Below, one piece after another: positions 28,511-39,600 of a stretch of DNA of 55,026 bases. A model generated the notes under the pieces. The model searched no databases. It was not told the DNA's origin and saw only the letters and a list, made by a program, of their open reading frames with translations. The stretch is from positions 18,129-73,154 of the forward strand of contig CAZGUZ010000005.1 in assembly GCA_964529025.1 (NCBI GenBank), given 5' to 3'. Numbering within the stretch: position 1 is the stretch's first letter; every line of letters starts with the position of its first letter. Made by a program: the position numbers and the translations under genes. This stretch comes from an uncultured Candidatus Saccharibacteria bacterium. Lineage in GTDB: Bacteria > Patescibacteriota > Minisyncoccia > Phycocordibacterales > PALSA-1337.

Positions 28511-29950
28511 ATGAAGAAATTACCGACTTTGTACATATCAAATACTCTTTCTGGAGCAAAAGAAGAGTTTATTCCCCTATCACCAGGGGTTGTAACTATG
28601 TACCATTGCGGGCCTACCGTATATGACACAGCACACATTGGTAATTTTCGTACCTTTATTTTAAACGACATCATACGTCGCACTTTCGAATTTGCCGGCT
28701 ATTCGGTTGATCAAGTAATGAATATTACCGATGTTGATGATAAAACCATTCGCCGTTCACAAGCCGAAAAAACCCCTCTTCTTGAGCTTACGCGCATGTA
28801 TGAAAAGCTTTTTCTTGATGATTTAGCTTCACTGAATGTTCTTACACCCAAGCGACTCTTGCGAGCAACCGATCATATCGAAGAAATGCAAAATATGATT
28901 GGCAATCTTATTGAACACGGCAAAGCATATATTTCTCGTGATGGAATTTACTACAGTATTGGCATTGACCCTCACTATGGCGAACTTGCCGGCATTAAAG
29001 CACAGAGTATTGCTCATGAGCACAATAATACCAGCCAAGAACATTCGCGCATTGCTCAAGATGAGTACGAAAAAGAAAACCCGAAAGACTTTGCCCTATG
29101 GAAATTTGCAACACCCGAAGATGGCGAAGCTGTTTGGGATGCCCCATTCGGTAAAGGCCGCCCAGGCTGGCACATTGAGTGTTCAGCAATGGCAACTACT
29201 GCCCTTGGACCAACTATCGACATTCATACAGGTGGAGTTGATCTTGTTTTCCCTCACCACACTAATGAAATAGCACAGTCAGAAGCTGCTACCGGCAAGC
29301 AATTTGTTCGCTACTGGATACATGGAGGCTTTATGAATGTTAATGACGTTAAAATGTCAAAGTCAAAAAGTAATTTCTTCAAAATCAAAGATTTAGAAGA
29401 ACAAGCCATTGCCCCACTCGCTTTTAGATACTGGCTCCTTGGTGCGCATTACAAAACCCAAGTTAACTTTACCTTAGAAGCTCTTCAGGCTGCTCAAACA
29501 GGCTTTATTCGCCTTGTATCTACTCTAGCTGAGTGGAAAGATTTAGTAGCTAAAGAACCTGCAATCCCCGCTCTTACTTCGTCCGAAGAATCTATTGCAA
29601 CAGAATTTATTGAAAAGTTTACCGAACACATTACCAACGATTTTGATACTCCGCGTGCCCTAGCTCTTGTATGGGAATTCATTAAAGACAAACGAATATC
29701 ACCCCTCCATAAATTACCCCTCATCTTAAAGACTGATGCAGTGTTTGGTCTTAACCTTGATAGTCTGAGCACACTATCAGAGCATGTTCATACCGAAATT
29801 CCTGCCGAAATCACCGCCCTTGCCGAAGCCCGCGAAATTGCCCGAGCAAATAAAGACTGGGCTCAGGCCGATGCGCTCCGCAATGAAATCATACAGCGTG
29901 GCTTTGAAGTAAAAGATACTCCTGAAGGTTTTAAAATTGTGGAGTTGTAA
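28511..29950 (+). CDS. cysS: Cysteine--tRNA ligase
   Basis: MYHCGPTVYDTAHIGN (HIGH-type), Zn-ligand and WHIECS motifs, and KMSKS (VKMSKSK). The long upstream extension of ORF 28346.. overlaps the ctpA-like gene, so the start is set at 28511. Confidence 0.95.
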   Translation: MKKLPTLYISNTLSGAKEEFIPLSPGVVTMYHCGPTVYDTAHIGNFRTFILNDIIRRTFEFAGYSVDQVMNITDVDDKTIRRSQAEKTPLLELTRMYEKLFLDDLASLNVLTPKRLLRATDHIEEMQNMIGNLIEHGKAYISRDGIYYSIGIDPHYGELAGIKAQSIAHEHNNTSQEHSRIAQDEYEKENPKDFALWKFATPEDGEAVWDAPFGKGRPGWHIECSAMATTALGPTIDIHTGGVDLVFPHHTNEIAQSEAATGKQFVRYWIHGGFMNVNDVKMSKSKSNFFKIKDLEEQAIAPLAFRYWLLGAHYKTQVNFTLEALQAAQTGFIRLVSTLAEWKDLVAKEPAIPALTSSEESIATEFIEKFTEHITNDFDTPRALALVWEFIKDKRISPLHKLPLILKTDAVFGLNLDSLSTLSEHVHTEIPAEITALAEAREIARANKDWAQADALRNEIIQRGFEVKDTPEGFKIVEL

Positions 29951-29971
29951 GATGCAAGAATCAAAAAGAAG

Positions 29972-29993
29972 AACCCCGACCGAAGTCGGGGTT
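29972..29993. terminator. Bidirectional terminator between cysS and the convergent ORF
   Basis: AACCCCGAC-cgaa-GUCGGGGUU with U-rich tracts on both strands. Confidence 0.65.
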
Positions 29994-30025
29994 GTTTGAA
30001 TGCTGAGCGTGTACCCAAGACACAC

Positions 30026-30397
30026 TCAGAAGTTGACTCGACCGGTTCGGCTTGAAGCCTTATGGTGAGGATCTTCCAAAGTGTAGTCGATGGTAACCTG
30101 TCGGCTTTGGTCAAAAACAAAACCATAGATGGTGCACCTACCCTTCGAACTATAGTCGTGCCACCTCAAGCCGGTCACAGCTACAGGTAATTGCCTAAAA
30201 CACCCCGCAGCCACAAACACTTTGAAGTCAACTTTTCTATAGCCCAGCGGCCAATTCGGGTGTCGAGCATCAATTGCTTCACCGAGCGCTTTGCAGAGCG
30301 CATCTGCATCTGGCCCGTTCGTAATCACGAACGTCCTCCCGCGAACCCTATCAGAGCAGAAGAAATCCTGCTCTGACATTTTTTGACTCTCTGACAT
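30026..30397 (-). CDS. Hypothetical protein (123 aa), compositionally atypical
   Basis: Single long ORF with visibly higher GC than its neighbours. Family not recognised. Confidence 0.5.
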   Translation of the reverse strand: MSESQKMSEQDFFCSDRVRGRTFVITNGPDADALCKALGEAIDARHPNWPLGYRKVDFKVFVAAGCFRQLPVAVTGLRWHDYSSKGRCTIYGFVFDQSRQVTIDYTLEDPHHKASSRTGRVNF

Positions 30398-30636
30398 AGA
30401 GCCTCCAATTACAATTGCGAATTAGCTTGAGAACTCGCTACTCCTATATTCAATGCGCCACACGGTGCATATGAACGACCGCAGCAATATACTACGGAAT
30501 TAAATTGAGGCTAGCACAGCATAGTTTAAAGGTAAAGGGGCAAAGAATTTATAAAATATGCCGAATTGAACACAGCTTATTAACATTTCATACACTTTTT
30601 TATAGATAGTCGAGTGTACGGGATTTTTTTGCAGTG

Positions 30637-30642
30637 TACAAT
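30637..30642 (+). promoter_or_regulatory. -10 box (TACAAT) 6 nt upstream of the dnaB ATG
   Basis: TGTACAAT-atacac-ATG(30649). Confidence 0.5.
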
Positions 30643-30648
30643 ATACAC

Positions 30649-32061
30649 ATGTCTGATTTGCAAACACAACACACTTGGAAACCCCGCGATTTGCGTATTC
30701 CTCCACAAAGCCTTGAAGCAGAAAAAGCAATGCTTGGTTCTATCATGCTTCGCCCCGAAGCAATGCACGATATTACCGATATCGTAAACTCTGGAACTTT
30801 CTATAGTGATCGCCATCGCATTATTTGGGATGCAATGCTCGAGCTTCATCGTAAGAATACTCCTATCGACCTTTTGTCAGTGTCTACGCGCCTTAAAGAA
30901 CTCAATCAACTTGAATCAGTTGGCGGAATGAGCTACCTTACTGAACTTGTTCAGGGTGTTCCTGTAGCAAGTAACTCAACCTACTATGCGCAAATCATTC
31001 ACAAAAAGAAGCTCATGCGCGACCTTATCAATGCCGCAGAGCATATTGGTGAACTTGGTTTTAATGAAGCTGATGATGTCGAAGAAATTCTTGATGCTGC
31101 ACAAAAGCGCATCTATGAGGTAACAAACTTTAATGGTGCCCATAAGTTTATTGCTTTGGGCGATACCCTTACCGAAGCTTTTGAGCGTATTGAAAAGCTT
31201 CACAAAGCGGAAGGAGAGCTCCGCGGTGTTCCTACGGGCTTTAAAGATCTTGATAATAAGCTTGCTGGCTTTCAGGAATCTGACCTTATTATTCTTGCGG
31301 CTCGACCTTCTATGGGAAAGACTTCCCTTGCCCTCGACTTTGCGCGCAAGATTGGTATTAATCACAAAGTTCCTGTAGGTATATTCTCGCTCGAAATGAG
31401 TTCACAGCAACTGGTTGAGCGTATGCTTGCTGCCGAGGCTCAGGTTGATGCTTGGAAAATCCGCAATGATCACCGCCGTCTTGATGATAATGACTTTGCC
31501 AATATCGCTCATGCTATGGGCCGACTTAATGATGCCCCAATTTATATTGATGACCAGCCTGGCAACAATATCCTTAAAATGCGCTCAGTTGCCCGCCGCC
31601 TTAAAAATGAAAAAGGTCTTGGTCTTATCATTGTCGACTACCTTCAGCTCATGGTTCCAACGCAGTCACGAGGATCAGATAACGTGGTGCAGCAAGTAAC
31701 CGAAATCTCTCGATCACTTAAAAATCTTGCACGAGAGCTCAAGGTTCCTGTTATCGCTCTCTCACAGCTCTCGCGTGCAGTTGAGCAGCGCGGAGGCAAA
31801 CCTCGCCTTTCTGACCTTCGTGACTCAGGTTCTATTGAACAGGATGCCGACGTCGTAATGTTTATTCACCGCGAAAGTAATGAAGACGGTGGAGGTCGAA
31901 AAATGGCAGCCGAGCTTTTGATCGAAAAACACCGAAACGGCCCTACAGGAATTGTGAACCTCTTCTTTGATGCAGCAAAAACATCGTTTATGGATGTTGA
32001 TAAGAGCGATTTTGGTGGATTTGCTAGTGGTGGCTCAGGTGGCGGTATGGGTGGCTTTTAA
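30649..32061 (+). CDS. dnaB: Replicative DNA helicase DnaB
   Basis: PPQSLEAEKAMLGSIM at the N-terminus, Walker A GARPSMGKTSLAL, the DnaB C-terminal RecA fold (IIVDYLQLM, SQLSR) and a Gly-rich tail. Confidence 0.95.
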   Translation: MSDLQTQHTWKPRDLRIPPQSLEAEKAMLGSIMLRPEAMHDITDIVNSGTFYSDRHRIIWDAMLELHRKNTPIDLLSVSTRLKELNQLESVGGMSYLTELVQGVPVASNSTYYAQIIHKKKLMRDLINAAEHIGELGFNEADDVEEILDAAQKRIYEVTNFNGAHKFIALGDTLTEAFERIEKLHKAEGELRGVPTGFKDLDNKLAGFQESDLIILAARPSMGKTSLALDFARKIGINHKVPVGIFSLEMSSQQLVERMLAAEAQVDAWKIRNDHRRLDDNDFANIAHAMGRLNDAPIYIDDQPGNNILKMRSVARRLKNEKGLGLIIVDYLQLMVPTQSRGSDNVVQQVTEISRSLKNLARELKVPVIALSQLSRAVEQRGGKPRLSDLRDSGSIEQDADVVMFIHRESNEDGGGRKMAAELLIEKHRNGPTGIVNLFFDAAKTSFMDVDKSDFGGFASGGSGGGMGGF

Positions 32062-32084
32062 TATAAATAGATTACTACGCTCAT

Positions 32085-32696
32085 ATGGACCCGCTCCACA
32101 AACTCATAGAAATATTCCGAGAATTTCCTGGAATTGGCCCTCGCCAAGCACGACGTTTTGCTTTTTTTCTTGTATCTCGACCAAATAATTTTCTTGAAGA
32201 ACTTGTCGACCTTATTGGTGAAGTCAAGCGAACTATGCGCACCTGTTATGAGTGTAAGCGTCACTTTACTTCGGAAGCTCCCCAGACAGTGTGTTCGATA
32301 TGTTCTAACCCTCATCGCGATCGCTCTATTCTTATGATAGTTGCTCGCGATACAGATATGGAAGCCCTCGAAAAAACTCGCGCATATCAAGGTCTGTATT
32401 TTATTCTGGGTGGCACTATTCCTATTCTAGATAAGGACCCTGAGCAGCGTATTCGAATTCGTGATTTACATCAGCGTTTACAAGCACTGCCCCTTCGTGA
32501 AATTATTATTTCACTTAATGCTACGCCTGAAGGCGAACATACAGCAGACTATGTTATGAATTCGCTTAAAGATTATGCAGCCGAGCATTCAATTGCTGTA
32601 TCAGTTCTCGGTCGCGGCCTTTCTACAGGTAGCGAGCTTGAATATGCAGATGCAAGCACCCTAACAAGCGCACTCGTCCACCGTACAAAAGTTTAA
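32085..32696 (+). CDS. recR: Recombination protein RecR
   Basis: FPGIGPRQARRFAFFL helix-hairpin-helix, a C4 zinc finger (CYECKR...CSICSN) and a Toprim domain. Confidence 0.95.
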   Translation: MDPLHKLIEIFREFPGIGPRQARRFAFFLVSRPNNFLEELVDLIGEVKRTMRTCYECKRHFTSEAPQTVCSICSNPHRDRSILMIVARDTDMEALEKTRAYQGLYFILGGTIPILDKDPEQRIRIRDLHQRLQALPLREIIISLNATPEGEHTADYVMNSLKDYAAEHSIAVSVLGRGLSTGSELEYADASTLTSALVHRTKV

Positions 32697-32725
32697 ACCC
32701 CCGACAGTGGAGAAATGTAAATAAA

Positions 32726-32750
32726 ACAACCTCCGAGTGGAGGCTATTTT
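32726..32750. terminator. Bidirectional terminator between recR and rplU
   Basis: CCUCC-gagu-GGAGG hairpin (32730-43) with an A-run upstream and a U-run downstream. Confidence 0.5.
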
Positions 32751-32751
32751 A

Positions 32752-33069
32752 TTATTTGATTGCTGTGATCTTTACTTCAAAGTATGGCTGGCGATGACCA
32801 TTTTTCTTAAAGTAACGGCTCTTTTGCTTGTACTTAATAACATCAATCTTGGCTGCTCGAGCAATCTTTGTAAGTGTACCTGTAACTTTTGCAGAGGCAA
32901 TGTACGGTGTACCAATTGTAGTATCCTTACCATCCTCAACAAGCATAACCTTGTCGAAAACAATAGAATCCCCTTCTTTATAATCGCCCACAATCTTTTC
33001 AACACGAATTGAATCGCCTGAAGAAACTGTATATTGCTTGCCGCCAGTGTGAATAATCGCAATTTGCAT
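32752..33069 (-). CDS. rplU: 50S ribosomal protein L21
   Basis: MQIAIIHTGGKQYTVSSGDSIRVEKI...KKNGHRQPYFEVKI is canonical L21. Confidence 0.95.
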   Translation of the reverse strand: MQIAIIHTGGKQYTVSSGDSIRVEKIVGDYKEGDSIVFDKVMLVEDGKDTTIGTPYIASAKVTGTLTKIARAAKIDVIKYKQKSRYFKKNGHRQPYFEVKITAIK

Positions 33070-33246
33070 AGTGGAAACATTCTATATTATTTGCCCAAAA
33101 AATGCAAGGGTTTTGTCTGTTTTTGCTTGAATTAACATGGTTGTGGGTATGGGTAGCAAGTTTAATCCCCCACAAAAACTAAGTATTTATGTCGCTTTCA
33201 GTACTAATGCTTAAATTTACCCTCCTTCACCTTCCCTCTACTTAAG

Positions 33247-33690
33247 TTACTTGTTATGAGCTTCAATGCTTTCCATAACCGCTTTTGCCTCCGGCGCTAT
33301 CGTTAGATCTGGTTTATCAACTCCGCAAAATGTTAGAGTCATCTCAACTGCGTGTCTTGCCTTATCTGAAGTGTGTTTTCTAGCGTACTCCAAACTTTTT
33401 TCAGTTAAAACAAAATTCTCAAAGATTTCAACGGATATAAGCTCTAAAAGATCCTTGTCAGTATTATCATGATTAAATTTATCATTGATAAAATCGAACA
33501 AAGATTGCAATTCACTATCTTCTGCTCCCTCTTTTTCCAAACGTTCCATAGCGTATCGGGCAAAAGCTGCTGTAACCATGTATGGCAGTTTCAAGTCTTC
33601 TTCGTCAAAAGATTTAAATTCTTCTGTTTCTTTAAATCCAGGGAACTGATTCGTGAAAAAATTTATTATGTTTTTATATGTTATTTCCAT
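33247..33690 (-). CDS. Candidate immunity protein for the upstream RHS toxin
   Basis: 147 aa, acidic and predicted helical. It starts 2 nt after the RHS stop on the same strand, which is the classic toxin-immunity position. Family not recognised. Confidence 0.6.
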   Translation of the reverse strand: MEITYKNIINFFTNQFPGFKETEEFKSFDEEDLKLPYMVTAAFARYAMERLEKEGAEDSELQSLFDFINDKFNHDNTDKDLLELISVEIFENFVLTEKSLEYARKHTSDKARHAVEMTLTFCGVDKPDLTIAPEAKAVMESIEAHNK

Positions 33691-33691
33691 A

Positions 33692-36600
33692 TTATTTATT
33701 CTTCGTCTTTAATGCATCCTTAAGATCATTTGAAATTTTATTTAGTACATTTTTCTCTTGAGGGTTTAATGTCGAACCCGAGCGCCTAAAGAGGTTATTG
33801 ATACGATTAATTGTCTCTTGTGCTTTAGTAGAGTGGAATTTTTTTCCTACCTTTTCTCCGATTCTTTGCAACTCGTATCTTACGGCATCAGCTGTGCTTC
33901 CACTTCCAATTTTTGCTCCAGCCCTGTAGTTATCTCTAATCAAACTGAGAACTTTTTGATTTTCTACCCCTTTCATCAAGGCTCGACCAGCGGTATTGGT
34001 TTGCTTGTACACTTGCATGGCTTCTCGACCTACAGCACCATATCCACCTGCCGGACCGACGATGCCAGCAACAAATCCTGATACGGCAATACTTCTTTCA
34101 AGGTAGCTTGTATTAGGATTGTTGATGGTCTGATATGCAGTATACCCGTCATAAACACTCAAGCCTGCTTCAGTTAGTGCCCAGAGTCCAGCAGCAGCTC
34201 CTGCCAAAAGCGGCACCACTTCACCTTGCGGATCCGAATTTTTAATCGGATTGTTGTTGGCATAAGAATATGAGTTCATCGCTTGAGGACTCATTAGATG
34301 CTGTTGAAGAGTTCTCTGGTAGTTCTGCTCAAACCCTAATGCCCCAATATCAAGAAAAGCAGGATCCTGACTCAAGAACTGCCCTCTCTTTGGGTCATAG
34401 TAACGGGCATTGAGGTAGCTCAGCCTGGTTACTTCGTCAAAGATCTCTCCAATATACTGACGATGTGATACGTCAGTACCAGCGTCTACTCTTTCGTTAC
34501 CATATGTAGTATAGTCCAAAACTTGAACAAGAGCACCTAGAGTATCAGTGACAAGTTTTGTTGAACCGAGGTGGTCGGTGTGAACATTCGTGGTTGATGA
34601 TGCAGTATTAACACCTCGTACCAGAGCAATGAGTTTTGCATTTGCAAAGATATTGTTTGTGGTTGTAGCACCTTCGATTATTTGATAGGTATTTGGATAA
34701 TAGGTGGTTAAAGAACCTACAGTTGTTTTTACACGCGAATTCGTATGATCGTACGTATGTGTAACGAGTGTGGTTGGTGTAGTAGCTGTGTCAGAGATTG
34801 TGGTGAGGCGGTTGGCGTAGTCGTAGGTGTAGGTTTGGGTAGCGTAGGTGCGGAGGTTACCCTTTTTGTCGTACGTAAGGGGGTTATTGCCTATTTTTGT
34901 TGGAGCGTGTGGGTTGGCAAATGATATACCAGCATGAGCACTTGTTGCCCCTTCGTATGCATAGTTACCAAGAGCATTTGAAGTAATATTGCCGATTTTA
35001 TTGTAGGTAAAGTTTTCAGTTACTGTTCCACCGACAGATGCTAGAGTCTTTGCTGAAATAAGGCGATAGTAGCCATCATACGTATAATCAACAGCTCGAC
35101 GCGCTTGCGTTACAGCAAGATCAGTTAAGCGAGTAATGTTACCAACTTTGTCATAGGTATAGACAGCATCTTCATAGGTAGTAGTGCCCTTTGTAACTTT
35201 ACGATTTCGTAAGCGGTACAATTCCTGAGCATCATAGGTATATGTCGTAGTAACTCCCGAAGCTAGTTCTTCGGTAAGAAGAGCGCCCGTTGGGTGATAG
35301 TTATAATTATTTACCAGATTTTGAATTGGAGCTGTCGGGCTCAATTGAACACGCACATTTTCTACCTTGCCGAACGGATTATACTGATACATTACCCGCA
35401 TAAGGTTAGGATATATGATCAATGTTGGATTACCCTGAATATCGAGTGTTGTAAGAGTCGTATAAGTTAGTGGTGAGCCAATTATAGTACGAGATTCTTG
35501 TACAATTCGGCCTCGAGGGTCATAGACAAAGCTTTGTGTTCCACCGTCTGACTGCACACTACATAATCGACCTTTACCCCACGATCCGCATGTATCATAG
35601 GTATACCTCACATCAACGTGCGGCGTTGTTGAACTGTCTTCGGACAAGATTCGATTAAGAGCATCGTAACTATATGTACGTGTCATACCTTCCGGATCAA
35701 TACTTGTGAGCATATTCCCTTCAGAATCATAGGTATACTTATACGTGCCGAAAGTAGTGTCAGTTTTTGCATGAAGGTCCTGTGCTGTTAAACGACGACC
35801 TAAAAGATCATACGTAAAGTATCGCTCATTTCCTAAAGCATCGGCAATTCCTGTAAGATTTTTGTTGGCATCGTAGCCGTACCATGTAATATCGTAATGG
35901 GTTGGCGATGACTCATCAATGCGCGTCATGTTTCCATAGGCATCATAGTAAAGCTTTTTACTTGCCTTAAGTGGATCAGTACTTGTTATTGTCCAATCGT
36001 TATACACATAAGTAGTTTCGCCAACAATATGAGCTTCGGAAAGAATGCGATCAAGAGCATCATACTTAAACGTAATTAAAAGATTAGGTTGAGTTTGGAT
36101 CGGAGTACGCTGTAAACCAGTACCTGTATAGGGGAGCGATTTTGTACCTATGAGCGTTGGCCAACTATAGATTGTATCTTGAATAATAACGCTTGATGCA
36201 TCTTCGGCTCGATTTCGCTTTTGAATTTCTTGGCCAAAGCTATTTTTATACGATATTTCAAGCTGTTGCAAAGTATCATCAAGATAGCGCACTGTAGTTA
36301 TTCGAGGATTTGAGCGCGTATCGTCATAGCTTATTCTTTCGGCAAGTTGAGTCGCAGCAGTAGAATCACGAGCAACATATGTATCGCGCAAACGGCGCAA
36401 ACCATCGTAGGTATAGCGTGTTACAACGTTCATTGAGTCAATAACCTGCATAGGCTTACCCGAAACATAGTCATAACTTGTAATGACTCTTTGATTCAAA
36501 GGATTCGTAACACTTATCAAAAACATATCCGAAGAATCAGAAACATACCGTGTCGTATTGCCACGTGTATCTGTTACTGTAGTAAGCATTCCTCGGGGAC

Positions 36601-39600
36601 CATAGGTGGCAGTAGTCGAAGCAAAACTTGTAGCATTAATTCTAAACTCTTTACGTGTTGGCAAACCAAATGAAGCCGAGCCGAAAGCTAAGCTATCGTA
36701 CAATGCCCGACTTTCGCTCACAGTAGCACCAAGAGCGTTCGTACGAACCGCCGAAGCCAGAGTAAATAAACCAAGAGCAGGATTACGAGCGTAGGTATAC
36801 GTTGTTGTATATCTATCAGCACTTGCTCCTGAACCATATAAATCAGCAAATGTACCATTTTCATACCCTACAACACGACCCCACTCAATATACTTTTGAA
36901 GACGACCATTTTGTGTATCGTACTCATACGTAAATGCTTTTGAGGCAGCCGAAGAATCACCATCAAAATCCATAACAATTTCTTGTAATGGTACAACGAT
37001 TGAGCGATTTCCATTGCTATATGATGACCATGACGTTAAAGTCTGAGTCATCTTTTGTCCAGCAGCATTATAAATTTCTTGGCGATATACTTTGCCAATT
37101 TTTGCTATTCCGTCGGCAATTTCTCCTAGGCTTGTTTGACTTTCGTTTCCTTGGTGAAAATAATAGACCGTACTTCTTTGTGGTAACTTTTCGGTAACTT
37201 TTTCAAAGCCAGCAAAGCGGCGATCGAATGGTCCATCACGGCGAGAAATACCATTTTCATAGGTATATGATGTTGTATATACAGAACCTGTAATAGTGTC
37301 TTTTTCTTCAATTTTTGAAACTACATCAATTGGCCACTGCAATCGTGGGTGTGGTATTACACCCTTTGTTGTCAGCTTTTTAACGCTGTCATAGGTAATG
37401 GTTGTTTCAAGTCCTTGAACCCCTGTTATTTTTACAAGATAATCTTGGTACAGAGCATTGTTTTCGTGAAGTTCGTTTTTTGGAATATTTCGTTCCGGCA
37501 AACCATTGTCGTAACGAATATCTCGTGTAGATGCAAAGAAAATATCTGTTCTTCCGTCTCCGTTCATATCAACGAATCTTCCGCCAAGATCAATATGGTC
37601 AAAAGTTAAATATGCTGGAACACCAGCAGCGAGAGGTTTCCATCGAATACCTTGAGCCGTATTTATTCCGATGAGCACACGAGTTGTATCTAATTTCTCG
37701 TGGTATATAATGTCGACCAAGCCATCTCCGTTTACATCGTTAAACTGTGGTGCATAATCTAAGCGCACCATAGTTGAGTCATTAGTAAATTTAAATACTG
37801 CAATATCTACAGACGGAGTCATACCCTCGGCTGGTACCCATGTTCCCGTACCAGTATTAATGTAGACCATTCTTAATGACGCAACCTCTGGATCAGGAGT
37901 ATCGAATGACCTTAGCTGTGAACCACTCGCATACATGATGTCAGTCAGACCATCATTATTGATATCTGCAAAACGCACTCCGCCATCAAACTTTTCTCCA
38001 CTTTCTGTGATACGAAGCGGTTGCGGCAGCACAAAGCGACTATCTAAAACCCAATTGCTTCCATTGTTAATATAAATACCAGAATCTGACACAATATCGG
38101 GCAATGCATCACCATTAACATCTGCAATTTGATTTTGCAAATCACCCATACCCCTCTGAATTACACGCTCGGAAAGTCCAGCAGTATCTACAAATCGTAT
38201 AGGTAGTCTGAAGCTTTGCGATAGATTCCAGCCTTCATCAAAACCGACAGAGACTGAGTTAATGTCTATATCGACCCTATTTTCTCGATACTGATATGAC
38301 TGCAAAAAATCCATGAAGCCGTCTCCGTTAACATCAGCTAAGCGTACACCATTATCATAATCTTTATCAGAATTTGGTCGGCGCAAGAAAAGATTAGGAA
38401 TCTGTAAAGTAGAGGACTTAGAGAAACCGTAACCAGTATTTAGGTAAACACCGCTATCTGGAGTCTCTCTACCATCATCCAAATGGCCGCCATGTAAGAT
38501 ATCCGGTAAACCATCAGCATTGACGTCGGCTATGCGAGCAGCCTTATCTTTCACTTTTCGAACGCCTCGTAGTGGTGTTGTTTTATCAAATGTATAAAAC
38601 TCAATATATGAAAATGGCTTTGGAGAAGGTTCCTGAAGCGTATTTTGTGTAAAATAATTTGCTGGCTGTTTTTTGTAACCAAAAATAACTTCGGGGAGCT
38701 CATTAACCACGTCACCGTTATAGCCAGTTTCAGTAATGCCTTCAAGAAGTGTGCGAGTACCATTTACCCCCGTTCCATAGCGAAGCTTATATGATCGAAC
38801 AACAACATTCTGTGAAAGAACTTTAATTTCTTGAATTCGATATTTTGTAATTACAGGAAAAGCAGAAGCGTACGATGTTACAACATCTTCACGAGTAGAT
38901 CGAACAAATTGAATAGCATAGATTCCGGGGAGCGAAGCGTGATTTGTATATGATATTGCCACTGGATATACATTTCCATCGACATTTTCATAGGTATAGT
39001 TAACGGTATTTCCGAGTGGATCTTCGATGCGCTCAAGATACCAGCGATATGTTTTTTGAGCATTCTGAGGATCACTCAAACGTGCGCTCGAATTTTGCCC
39101 AAAATAATATGAAATGCCTTGTGTGTCGGTAATTTTCCACACATTTCCGTAATAGGTATATGAATGGTACTTACCCGAATCAACCTTAGGCACAAAGTGA
39201 CTTGAATTTGTTGATGTGGCGAGTTCCCCATCGAGTGAAGAATAAAAAGTGGGTATAGTATAGAGTTTTTCTACGCCAAATTTATTAACTCGCTCAATAT
39301 ATGGTATCGACACTGACCAGCCATAGCCAAGCCAGCTTGCATCGTTCTTTTCTTGACTGTTGTACACAAGTGAAATATCTGGACCAATGCCGTTACGACC
39401 TTCGGGAATAGTTAAAGGATATTCATAGGTATATGCGCCCGAGAATGTATCAGTTTTGCCACGCGGAGCTGGACTTGATTGAGCTTTTTGAGCAGTATCT
39501 GTTGCTCCATATGATTCAGTAATTGAAGGAACCGGATCGGCCGCTGGAGCAGCATCACGATTTTCTTCTGTTGGAGAAGTTGAAGTTACTGTATCTGCCT

